This document shows, piece after piece, positions 39,165-47,356 of a stretch of DNA of 64,000 nucleotides. Source of the stretch: Flavobacteriales bacterium (GTDB lineage Bacteria; Bacteroidota; Bacteroidia; Flavobacteriales_F; PHOS-HE28); contig JAHBUK010000001.1 in NCBI GenBank assembly GCA_019638115.1, positions 416,287-480,286 on the forward strand. The letters are read 5' to 3'. Numbering within the stretch: position 1 is the first letter of the stretch; each line of letters starts with the position of its first letter. The position numbers and the translations under genes were made by a program. The notes beneath the pieces are model-generated. The model searched no databases. It saw nothing but the letters and a program-made list of their open reading frames with translations, and was not told where the DNA came from.

Positions 39165-40040
39165 ATGACCGCATACGTTTTCCCCGGACAAGGCAGCCAG
39201 TTCCCCGGCATGGGCAAGGACCTGTATGATGCCGACAGCAACGCGCGCATCTGGTTCGAGCACGCCAACGACATCCTGGGCTTCAACCTCACCAACGTGA
39301 TGTTCACGGGCAGCGAGGCCGACCTGAAGCAAACGAACGTTACCCAGCCCGCGATCTTCCTGCACAGCGTGGTGAAGGCCAAAGTGCTGGGCGATGCGTT
39401 CCAACCCGCCATGGTGGCCGGGCACAGCCTGGGCGAGTTCAGCGCACTGGTGGCCGCCGGTGCCATGGAGTTCGCCGATGGTTTGAAACTGGTGGCCGCG
39501 CGTGCCAATGCTATGCAGAAGGCCTGCGAACTGCAGCCGAGCACCATGGCCGCGATCCTGGGCCTGGAGGACGAGAAGGTGGAAGAGGTCTGCAAGACCA
39601 TCCCCGGTGTGGTCGTGCCCGCCAATTACAACTGCCCTGGCCAATTGGTTATCAGTGGCAGCGTGGAGTCCGTGAACGCCGCCTGCGAGGCCTTGAAGGC
39701 CGCCGGAGCCAAGCGCGCACTGGTGCTGCAGGTGGGCGGCGCCTTCCACAGCCCACTGATGGAGCCCGCCCGCGTGGAACTGGAAACGGCCATCGCCTTC
39801 ACCCCCATCGTGAACCCGCGCTGCCCCGTTTACCAGAACGTGGATGCCCGCCCGCACACCGATCCCGCCCGCATCAAGGCCAACCTGATCGCGCAACTCA
39901 CCGCACCTGTACGCTGGACCCAGACCATGCAGCACATGCTGGCCGATGGCTGCAGCAAGGTGGTTGAAGTGGGCCCCGGCAATGTGTTGCAGGGGCTGTT
40001 CAAGAAGGTGAATAGGGAGTTGGAGACGGCGGCCGGATGA
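39165..40040 (+). CDS. fabD: Malonyl CoA-ACP transacylase
   Basis: FPGQGSQ, TQPAI, AGHSLGE, ANYNCPGQLVISG, GAFHSPLM, EVGPG. Confidence 0.97.
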   Translation: MTAYVFPGQGSQFPGMGKDLYDADSNARIWFEHANDILGFNLTNVMFTGSEADLKQTNVTQPAIFLHSVVKAKVLGDAFQPAMVAGHSLGEFSALVAAGAMEFADGLKLVAARANAMQKACELQPSTMAAILGLEDEKVEEVCKTIPGVVVPANYNCPGQLVISGSVESVNAACEALKAAGAKRALVLQVGGAFHSPLMEPARVELETAIAFTPIVNPRCPVYQNVDARPHTDPARIKANLIAQLTAPVRWTQTMQHMLADGCSKVVEVGPGNVLQGLFKKVNRELETAAG

Positions 40041-40067
40041 AGGTACCATGCGTATATTCGCATTTAC

Positions 40068-41616
40068 ATGATGCGCCGTGGATTGATTTTTTTAGCGCTT
40101 TGGAGCATACCCCTGCTTGAAGCTGCAGCCCAGGGCTTAGGTAACGAGAACAACCGGCGATATGCTTTTGGCCAGCATCTTGGCAACGACTTCACGACCG
40201 AACTAGAGTACTTCAAGGACGAAGCCTACTTGATGGTAGCTCGCATAGATACAGGCGTGGGTAGCAATCGACGCACTTGGATCGGCCTATCTGTGCTTGA
40301 TATATCTCTGGACAAGATATCCGAAAGGAGACTGGATCACCCGGTGAACTTTTTCAGCATCAACACCTCTCATGGGAACCATACATCAAGAGTGAGCGAT
40401 GGTTACCTCGTGTTAACCAGTGTTTATGACAGCACTAGTTTGCTCTCAGGCTACCTTTTCAAACTCAATGAGCAACTTGACACGATCTGGACAAGGTTAT
40501 ACAGCGACGGCCAAGCCAGCTTCACGGCGCAAGAACTGTTACCAATGAGCGATGGTTTCAGTTTGGTCGGCACAACCTTCAGCACTCCATCAAAGGGGAT
40601 GGTTTACCGCTTGGATAATGCTGGAAATGAACAATGGTCAGCGACCGTTGGCTCTCCCGAATACAGCTACTCAATCCATGGTGGAGTACGCACCTCCGAT
40701 GACGGAATGGTACTCGTTGGCAACCGTCGTTCAAGTAATAACGTCAAGCGTGCCATTGCAATAAGACTGTCTTCAACAGGAGAAGTTATCTGGGAACAAC
40801 CCTATACCGCATTCAGCCATGGAGATGTATTCCAAAGCATCATAGCATTATCATCGGGGGGCTTTGTCATGGTTGGAGCGTCCGACACGATCCCCGGATG
40901 GGTCGACCGGTTAAAACAGTACGTAGTTCGGATCAACGAAGCAGGTGATACGCTCTGGACCAAGCTCATTGATGAACCGGCTTCGAACAATCGGTGCCTT
41001 TGGGACCTGATCGAGCTACCTGACGGGAACCTGATCGCTGTCGGAATGATCGATCTGGAGACTTCCTTTTCCTGGAAGGGTTCCGTTACCAAGCTGAGCA
41101 GTGATGGTGAGGTGCTCTGGCACAATTGGTATCAATACACGGATAGTACGGCATCGGCTAGTAATGGCTGGCTTATGGAGGTGATGCTCGACCGCGATCC
41201 GAATTACATCCTTTGCGCAGGCACTCTGTATCCCGTTCCGTTCAGCGATCCGGTTGACTTCGACGTGGATAGTTGGTTGATCCGCCTGGATATGGATGGA
41301 TGCCTGGTGCCCGGATGTAACCTTGTAACGGGCATCAACACCCAGTATGTAGGCATGGGTGAAGCCTTAAGGTTGCAACCCAGCTACGCGTTACACGACA
41401 CTGCACATCGGCTTGCCAAGCCAGATGAACCTCTGCGACCCACTCCTACTTACTATCCTTAGTAGTGATGGCAAGCGCATTCATGAACAAGTCTTGCCTG
41501 ATCGAATGGAACATGCTTTGGAGATCGACTTGCTCCATTACACAAGTGGACTTTATTACGTCCATCTTTCCAGCGGATCCGCTTGGCTGGCAGGGGTGAA
41601 ACTTATGGTCGAATAG
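40068..41616 (+). pseudogene. Secreted T9SS protein with repeated xW(T/E/S)xx beta-propeller-like units; frameshift before the CTD
   Basis: Signal peptide; DTIWTR/DTLWTK-type repeats; DMDGCLVPGC linker. The CTD (SGLYYVHL...VKLMVE) lies in another frame (41413-41616). Visibly lower GC than the flanks. Confidence 0.7.
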
Positions 41617-41647
41617 TCAAAGTATGAACGCCGACCGCCCACCCGAA

Positions 41648-41812
41648 AAGGCCAACCTGATCGTACAACTCACAGCACCCGTACGCTGGACGCAGACCAT
41701 GCAGCAAATGCTGGCCGATGGCTGCAACAAGGCGGTGGAAGTGGGCCCCGGCAATGTGTTGCAGGGGCTGTTCAAGAAGGTGAGCAGGGAGGTGGATAAG
41801 GCGGCTGCGTGA
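41648..41812 (+). repeat. Duplicated 3' end of fabD (direct repeat of 39876-40040)
   Basis: 165 bp ungapped, 17 mismatches by hand count (~90%); encodes KANLIVQLTAPVRWTQ...REVDKAAA-stop. Confidence 0.93.
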
Positions 41813-42027
41813 TGCTCAAGTTGAGCGAACCGTGGGTGCGCCACTTGCTCACGCAACCAGAAACCGGCATGGGCTATCAAATCGCCATTGTCAATTTGAA
41901 GGATGGCCGCGTGTTCCAACACGTCATCATTATTGGGGATGAGGTCCACGAGGTTGATTGCTCACCTCATGTTCCGTTCACCAACGCTGACATTCTGGAT
42001 ATTGAAGTTCGCAACGGACTCGAATGA
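41809..42027 (+). CDS. Small hypothetical protein (PETGMGYQ motif)
   Basis: 72 aa ORF whose start overlaps the stop of the fabD 3' copy. Confidence 0.65.
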   Translation: MMLKLSEPWVRHLLTQPETGMGYQIAIVNLKDGRVFQHVIIIGDEVHEVDCSPHVPFTNADILDIEVRNGLE

Positions 42028-42095
42028 GACCGGTATTGTTAGCCGTTCCAGTTCACTAAGACTGTTGAAGGTCGCGCAAAGCGGACTCACAGCAT

Positions 42096-42395
42096 TCACC
42101 CCTTCATGGCCTTCGGATCCCGCCGTGAATCGAAGATGTCGGTGACTATGATCCGTTCCGGGGTGATGCGATAGATGATCTTGAACGGCCCAACGATAAC
42201 CCGACGGTGTTGCAGACCGAGCACTTCAAGATCGGGTTCCAATTGACCACTGTACGCGTTGCCCTTCAGCCATTCCAACTTATCAGCAACCTGCCCCTGA
42301 AGCTCTCTGATGTAGCTGATGGAATGGGTTCTGGCCAACAAACGAAGCGTTCGCCGTTTGCTCTCGTTGGCCTGCGCTAATACGATCAGCTTCAC
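42096..42395 (-). CDS. Type II TA toxin, RelE/ParE family
   Basis: 99 aa; GQLEP...HRRVIVGPFKIIYRI...IVTDIFDSRRDP; overlaps the upstream antitoxin. Confidence 0.8.
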   Translation of the reverse strand: MKLIVLAQANESKRRTLRLLARTHSISYIRELQGQVADKLEWLKGNAYSGQLEPDLEVLGLQHRRVIVGPFKIIYRITPERIIVTDIFDSRRDPKAMKG

Positions 42396-42643
42396 GCGCG
42401 ACGTTTGGTCTTCGGCTTCTTCGCGTACAAGCTCTCGATGAACTCATCCATGTCCTTGTTGAACTCCTCCAAGGTCTGAAAACGCCCTGCCTTCAGGTCC
42501 TCTTCAGCCTTCAACGCCCGCTTTACCATGGCACTTTGCCGCACTGGCTTCTCAAGGACCTTGGCCACCCTTTCCAACACGGCTGGGTCCTTCACCGAAT
42601 CGATGAGCTTCTTTAAATGGGCTTTGCGTTGCGGGATGGTCAT
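42392..42643 (-). CDS. Putative antitoxin
   Basis: 83 aa directly upstream of the toxin; AEEDLKAGR motif; TATCTTTG promoter box at 42660-42667. Confidence 0.7.
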   Translation of the reverse strand: MTIPQRKAHLKKLIDSVKDPAVLERVAKVLEKPVRQSAMVKRALKAEEDLKAGRFQTLEEFNKDMDEFIESLYAKKPKTKRRA

Positions 42644-42731
42644 GCTCCTTTCTTGAACCCAAAGATAACCAGCGCACTATCCCGAAGGGTGCTCCGCGAG
42701 CCGTGTTGCTCCCGAACTTCGCGGCCGATCC

Positions 42732-43958
42732 ATGATCACCAAACCTCTGGCGCAACCTCCACAAGCCTCCGCTAAGGCTGCAGCCGGGCGCATGGTGCTT
42801 CCCATCCTCTTCGCCATCGCCTTCTCGCACCTGCTGAACGATACGGTGCAGTCGCTGATCCCTGCGATCTATCCGCTGGTGAAGGAGTCCTTCCAGTTGA
42901 GCTACGCGCAGATAGGGTTGATCACGCTCACCTTCCAGCTCACGGCCTCCATCCTGCAACCCTTGGTCGGCATGTGGACCGATAAGCGGCCGCAGCCCTT
43001 CGCACTGGTGGCGGGCATGGGCTCCACCTTGCTGGGCTTAGTGCTGCTGTCGCAAGCGCGGTCGTTCCCGATGATCATCGGGGCCGTGGCCTTTGTGGGT
43101 GTGGGTTCGTCCATCTTCCATCCGGAGGCTTCGCGTATGGCCTACATGGCCGCAGGCGGTAGGCGCGCGTTGGCGCAGAGCGTGTTCCAACTCGGCGGAA
43201 ATGCTGGATCGGCATTGGGGCCGTTGCTCGCTGCCTTGATCATTGTGCCACTTGGGCAGGCCACCGTGGGCTGGTTCGTGGTGCTGCCGCTGATCGCCAT
43301 GGTGGTGCTGTGGCGCGTGGGGCGCTGGTACCTGCGCGTGATGGCCATCCAGGCGCACCGGGCATCGCGTACGGCACAGGTGGTGCGGACAGCGCTGCCG
43401 AAGCGCAAAGTGATCTTCATCGTTTCCATGCTCCTGCTGCTGATCTTCTCCAAGCAGTTCTACCTGGCCAGCATGACGAGCTACTACACCTTCTACCTCA
43501 TCGGCCGTTTCGGCCTGTCCGTACAGGAGGCGCAGGTGCAGCTCTTCGTGTTCCTCTTCGCTGCGGCCATCGGCACCCTGGCAGGTGGTCTGCTGGCGGA
43601 TCGTGTGGGCTACAAGAACATCATCTGGTTGTCCATCCTGGGAGCAGCCCCCTTCACCCTGCTCCTACCCTACGCGGACCAGCTGTGGACGAGCATCCTG
43701 GCGGCGAGCGCAGGCTTCATCCTGGCCTCGGCCTTCTCGGCGATCCTGGTCTATGCGCAACTGATGATACCCGGCCGCGTGGGCCTGGTCTCCGGCCTCT
43801 TCTTCGGGTTCGCGTTCGGCATGGCCGGCGTGGGTTCCGCAGTGCTTGGTCGCCTGGCGGATGCCACCAGCATCAACACCGTGTTCGCGGTGTGCTCCTT
43901 CCTGCCCTTGATCGGGCTGGTGTGCGTGTTCCTGCCGGACCAGAAACGGTTTGCGTGA
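42732..43958 (+). CDS. MFS transporter, Fsr (fosmidomycin resistance) family
   Basis: SHLLNDTVQSLIPAIYP, QLTASILQP, SSIFHPEASR, AQSVFQLGGNAGSALGP. Confidence 0.9.
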   Translation: MITKPLAQPPQASAKAAAGRMVLPILFAIAFSHLLNDTVQSLIPAIYPLVKESFQLSYAQIGLITLTFQLTASILQPLVGMWTDKRPQPFALVAGMGSTLLGLVLLSQARSFPMIIGAVAFVGVGSSIFHPEASRMAYMAAGGRRALAQSVFQLGGNAGSALGPLLAALIIVPLGQATVGWFVVLPLIAMVVLWRVGRWYLRVMAIQAHRASRTAQVVRTALPKRKVIFIVSMLLLLIFSKQFYLASMTSYYTFYLIGRFGLSVQEAQVQLFVFLFAAAIGTLAGGLLADRVGYKNIIWLSILGAAPFTLLLPYADQLWTSILAASAGFILASAFSAILVYAQLMIPGRVGLVSGLFFGFAFGMAGVGSAVLGRLADATSINTVFAVCSFLPLIGLVCVFLPDQKRFA

Positions 43959-43966
43959 TGGGCTAA

Positions 43967-44221
43967 TTACTGAGCGCTAACAGCCTGTTCCGGCAAGGCT
44001 TCCATGAACTGCTCCATCTCGCGATCGAATTCATCCATAGTCTTGTACGTGCCCGCTTTGAGCTGCTCCTCGGATCGAAGCACCCTTTGGACCAGATCAC
44101 TCTGAAAAGCAACATCCCTTGTCTTCCTCTGCAGGACATTATCCACCAGATCAAGCACCGCAGCATCCTGCTCGGCCTCGATCAACTTCTTCAACAAAGC
44201 TTTCTTCGTCGCGGTGGTCAT
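43967..44221 (-). CDS. Orphan antitoxin-like protein, paralog of 42392-42643
   Basis: KxxLKKLI...DxAVL...(S/A)EExLKAG...T(M/L)(D/E)EF...M(E/D)xF shared with the antitoxin; TAGCTTTG box at 44237-44244. Confidence 0.65.
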   Translation of the reverse strand: MTTATKKALLKKLIEAEQDAAVLDLVDNVLQRKTRDVAFQSDLVQRVLRSEEQLKAGTYKTMDEFDREMEQFMEALPEQAVSAQ

Positions 44222-44263
44222 GTCGTCAGCTTTGCCCAAAGCTAGTGCGGACCGCAGGCACTT

Positions 44264-45013
44264 TCACAAGCCGGAGTTCAACAGCTTTCCACTCCCTATC
44301 AGCTTGTGCAGGTAGGGCCGCGTGAGCGTGTTGTGGATGGCCTGCACGTGGTTCATGTTGTGGCAATCGCTGCCAAGCAACTCGTAGTAGCCGGCATCGA
44401 TCATGCGTTCGGCCACCTGCTTGGCCTGGGGGCCATAGGCTCCTGAAAGGGCCACGAGGTTGAGTTGGAAGAGGACACCGCGTTCCTTCAGTTCAGTGAA
44501 CTTGTTGAAGTCGTTGTACCAGAAGGTGTAGCGTTCCGGATGCGCCAGCACGGGGCGGTAGCCTTGGGTCTGCATCTGGAACACCACGTGTTTCAACATG
44601 GCCGGCTCACCGATGAATGGCAGCTCGAACAGCAGCAGTTTGTTGCCGAACGTGAGCACGGTGCCTGCGTTCACCTGTTCTTCCAATGCGTGGTCCAGGT
44701 AGTACTCGGCAGCGGCCTCCACGGTGATGTCCAGGCCCTGGCGCTGCACCTCGGCGCGCACCTTCTCCAAGCCACCCAGGATCATCTCCGGGCTGTTCTT
44801 GTAGCCATCGGCCATGCTGTGCGGGGTGGTGATCACCTTGCGGTAGCCAAGGTCGTGCATGGCCTTGAGCAGCTCCATGGTCTGCTCCAAGGTCTGCGCA
44901 CCGTCGTCGATGCCGGGGATGAAGTGTGAGTGCACATCGCAGCGCAGCACGCTGAGATCCGCCGGGCCCAACACCGGCTCGCTCTTGCCGAACAGCTTGC
45001 CGAAAAGTCCCAT
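44264..45013 (-). CDS. CpsB/YwqE family tyrosine-protein phosphatase (PHP)
   Basis: DVHSHFIPGIDDGA, ITTPH, AAEYY, LAHPERY, GSDCH. Confidence 0.92.
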   Translation of the reverse strand: MGLFGKLFGKSEPVLGPADLSVLRCDVHSHFIPGIDDGAQTLEQTMELLKAMHDLGYRKVITTPHSMADGYKNSPEMILGGLEKVRAEVQRQGLDITVEAAAEYYLDHALEEQVNAGTVLTFGNKLLLFELPFIGEPAMLKHVVFQMQTQGYRPVLAHPERYTFWYNDFNKFTELKERGVLFQLNLVALSGAYGPQAKQVAERMIDAGYYELLGSDCHNMNHVQAIHNTLTRPYLHKLIGSGKLLNSGL

Positions 45014-46152
45014 CAGTTCTGGGTGTAGTGCTCCTTGTAGTACTGCTGATAGGCGCCGCTGGTCACATGGTCCAGCCACTCGGTGTTGGCCAGGTACCAG
45101 TCCACGGTGCGCTCCAGGCCCACCTCGAAGGTGATGCTCGGCTTCCACCCCAGCTCGCGCTCGATCTTGCCGGCATCGATGGCGTAGCGCAGGTCGTGCC
45201 CGGCGCGGTCGGTGACGTAAGTGATCAGCTTCGCGCTCTCGCCTTCAGCACGACCAAGCTTCTTGTCCATGATGGAACAGAGCAGGTGTACCAGGTCGAT
45301 GTTCTTCCACTCGTTGTGTCCGCCGATGTTGTAGGTCTCGCCGTTCCTGCCGGTGTGGAAAATGGTGTCGATGGCGGCGGCGTGGTCCTCCACCCACAGC
45401 CAGTCGCGCACGTTCTCGCCCTTGCCGTACACAGGCAGCGGCTTGTTGTTGCGGATGTTGTTGACCATGAGCGGGATCAACTTCTCGGGGAAGTGGTGGC
45501 TGCCATAGTTGTTGCTGCAGTTGCTCACCACGAAGGGCAGCTTGTAGGTGTTGCCGTAGGCGCGCACGAAGTGATCGCTCGCGGCCTTGCTGGCGCTGTA
45601 GGGGCTCTGCGGATCGTAGGGCGTGGTCTCCAGGAAGAGGCTGTCGTCGTGCAGCGAGCCGTAGACCTCGTCGGTGGAAACGTGGTAGAAACGCACCCCA
45701 CCCCCGCCCTCCCCCGGGGGGAGGGAGGAATGCGCCTCACCCCCGGCCCCTCTCCCGGGGAGAGGGGAGGAACTCACTCCAAGTTGCGCTTTCCATGCTG
45801 CTTTCGCAGCGTTGAGCAGGGTGACGGTTCCGAAGACGTTGGTGCGCACGAAAGACAACGGATCGGTGATGCTGCGGTCCACATGGCTTTCGGCTGCGAG
45901 GTGGATGACGCCATCGATGTTGTGCTCCTTGAACACCTCGGCAACGGCATCGGCATCGCAGATGTCGGCCTTCACGAAGGTGTAGTTGGGTGCGTTCTCG
46001 ATATCGCGCAGGTTCTCCAGGTTACCCGCATAGGTAAGCGCATCGAGGTTGATGATGCGGTACTGCGGGTACTTGGTAACGAAGCGGCGCACCACGTGGC
46101 TGCCGATGAAACCGGCACCGCCGGTGATGAGGATGGATCTTGCGTTGGACAT
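45013..46152 (-). CDS. rfbB: dTDP-glucose 4,6-dehydratase (with in-frame palindromic insertion)
   Basis: ITGGAGFIGS, DALTYAGNLENL, HLAAESHVDRSI, HVSTDEVYG, SPYSASKA, NCSNNYG, FPEKLIP. Confidence 0.96.
   Translation of the reverse strand: MSNARSILITGGAGFIGSHVVRRFVTKYPQYRIINLDALTYAGNLENLRDIENAPNYTFVKADICDADAVAEVFKEHNIDGVIHLAAESHVDRSITDPLSFVRTNVFGTVTLLNAAKAAWKAQLGVSSSPLPGRGAGGEAHSSLPPGEGGGGVRFYHVSTDEVYGSLHDDSLFLETTPYDPQSPYSASKAASDHFVRAYGNTYKLPFVVSNCSNNYGSHHFPEKLIPLMVNNIRNNKPLPVYGKGENVRDWLWVEDHAAAIDTIFHTGRNGETYNIGGHNEWKNIDLVHLLCSIMDKKLGRAEGESAKLITYVTDRAGHDLRYAIDAGKIERELGWKPSITFEVGLERTVDWYLANTEWLDHVTSGAYQQYYKEHYTQN
45697..45772. repeat. Two tandem GC-rich hairpins in-frame inside rfbB
   Basis: CCCTCCC..GGGAGGG (45707-45725) and CCCCTCTCC..GGAGAGGGG (45747-45767); peptide SPLPGRGAGGEAHSSLPPGEGGGG. 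Confidence 0.8.
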
Positions 46153-46188
46153 ACGGGCACAAAGATGCGGCGAAGAGGGGCCAGGGTA

Positions 46189-46551
46189 TCAGATGTCGAT
46201 CACGGATAGCCTGCCCTTATCGACTTCAAGCAGGAAGCGTGGTCTTTCGTTCAAGCTGGCGATGTGTTCCATGTTATCGAACAGGATCGCCGAAAGTTCC
46301 TTGTGCGGTATGTTCCCAAGGTTCACCTTGATGAGCTTGCGCGGCGTTCCTTGTACGATAGCGCTATCCCGGAAGTCCGTGTCCTTCGTGATCAGGATAC
46401 GATCCTCTCGGTCGGCCAAGTGGGCGATGTCCTTGTCCGAAGTGTGCCTCTTCGCTGGAAGCTGGTTCACGTGCATACTCTCACGACCCGCCTTCGCCAA
46501 GCGCTTGGATAAAGCTATCGGGATATGAACGTCGCACAGGAAGCGCATCAC
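46189..46551 (-). CDS. DUF5615 PIN-like toxin
   Basis: MRFLCDVHIP...SDKDI...REDRILITKDTDF. Confidence 0.85.
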   Translation of the reverse strand: MMRFLCDVHIPIALSKRLAKAGRESMHVNQLPAKRHTSDKDIAHLADREDRILITKDTDFRDSAIVQGTPRKLIKVNLGNIPHKELSAILFDNMEHIASLNERPRFLLEVDKGRLSVIDI

Positions 46552-46781
46552 GCCACATCACCCAATGAATGGCCCGAGACCATGAGCTTGGCGTAGTTCA
46601 GGCTCGCTTGGATGTCATCCTTTTCAAGTTCGGGATGCTCAGAGAGGATCTCCTCAGCGGACATCCCCGAGCCAAGCATGTCGATGATCACCTCCACCGG
46701 CCAGCGCATGCCCCGGATGCAGGGCTTGCCATGGCAGATGGCGGGGTCGATGGTGATACGGCCGAGATGGGAGCGTTCCAT
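46548..46781 (-). CDS. DUF433 family antitoxin
   Basis: RITIDPAICHGKPCIRGMR...EEILSEHPELEKDDIQASLNYA; start at ATG 46781. Confidence 0.9.
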   Translation of the reverse strand: MERSHLGRITIDPAICHGKPCIRGMRWPVEVIIDMLGSGMSAEEILSEHPELEKDDIQASLNYAKLMVSGHSLGDVA

Positions 46782-46839
46782 GGTAGCGTAAAGATAGAGC
46801 ACTGAGCGACCTAGTACATGGATCGGCATTGCCTTATGC

Positions 46840-46936
46840 ACGAAACGATGCACCACGTGGCTGCAGATGCAACCGGCACCGCCGGTGATGAGCATGGACC
46901 CAATGTGGGTGAACCAGCGTCAAAGATGCAGGGAAG
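46840..46936 (-). repeat. Duplicated 5' end plus promoter of rfbB (direct repeat of 46079-46175)
   Basis: 97 bp ungapped alignment (offset 761), including the CATCTTTG box; encodes LITGGAGCICSHVVHRFV. Confidence 0.88.
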
Positions 46937-46980
46937 CATATGTCGAGCCATCAATGATCGACCCGATGCACAATGGTCCT

Positions 46981-47343
46981 TCAAATCGCACTCCCCTTGG
47001 GCTTCGCGATACGCTTGGAAACGAAGCGCATCAACCAGATGACCACGACCGCTGGTGCGTAATACTCCCAGAAGATGTACTGAAAATAGAACGCTGACAT
47101 GGCCAGAACATTGAGCACTGGGTGCAATTCATGTCCACTCATCCCTGAGAATCCTGCCAGGATCAAGGGATAGATCGTGAGGATCGCCAAGCCCCCTTGG
47201 AAGAGGATACTTCGATCAACTGTCCGCAAGAGCTTGTTCCAAGCAAAGCCATTGAACAAGCCACAGCGAATACCATGGAATAGCATGGGCGCCAACAGGA
47301 TCACCAAGCCAAGTAAGATGAGTATGTATCCCTTGGCTGCCAT
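46981..47343 (-). CDS. Hypothetical membrane protein
   Basis: 120 aa hydrophobic ORF with lower GC, inserted in the polysaccharide operon. Confidence 0.55.
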   Translation of the reverse strand: MAAKGYILILLGLVILLAPMLFHGIRCGLFNGFAWNKLLRTVDRSILFQGGLAILTIYPLILAGFSGMSGHELHPVLNVLAMSAFYFQYIFWEYYAPAVVVIWLMRFVSKRIAKPKGSAI

Positions 47344-47356
47344 GCAAGTGCCTTAC

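Noticed and set aside
41624-41812. Independent small fabD-like gene
   Set aside because: It is only the last 55 codons of fabD with no catalytic motifs; treated as an insertion scar.
42074-44267. Direct repeat bounding a TA-MFS-antitoxin mobile unit (GCGGAC...TTCAC at ~42081 and ~44247)
   Set aside because: The similarity is too short and gapped to distinguish from chance.
46782-46895. N-terminal Rossmann extension making a novel DUF433 fusion protein
   Set aside because: It is the decayed rfbB 5' duplicate; DUF433 has its own ATG at 46781 and a promoter-like box just upstream.
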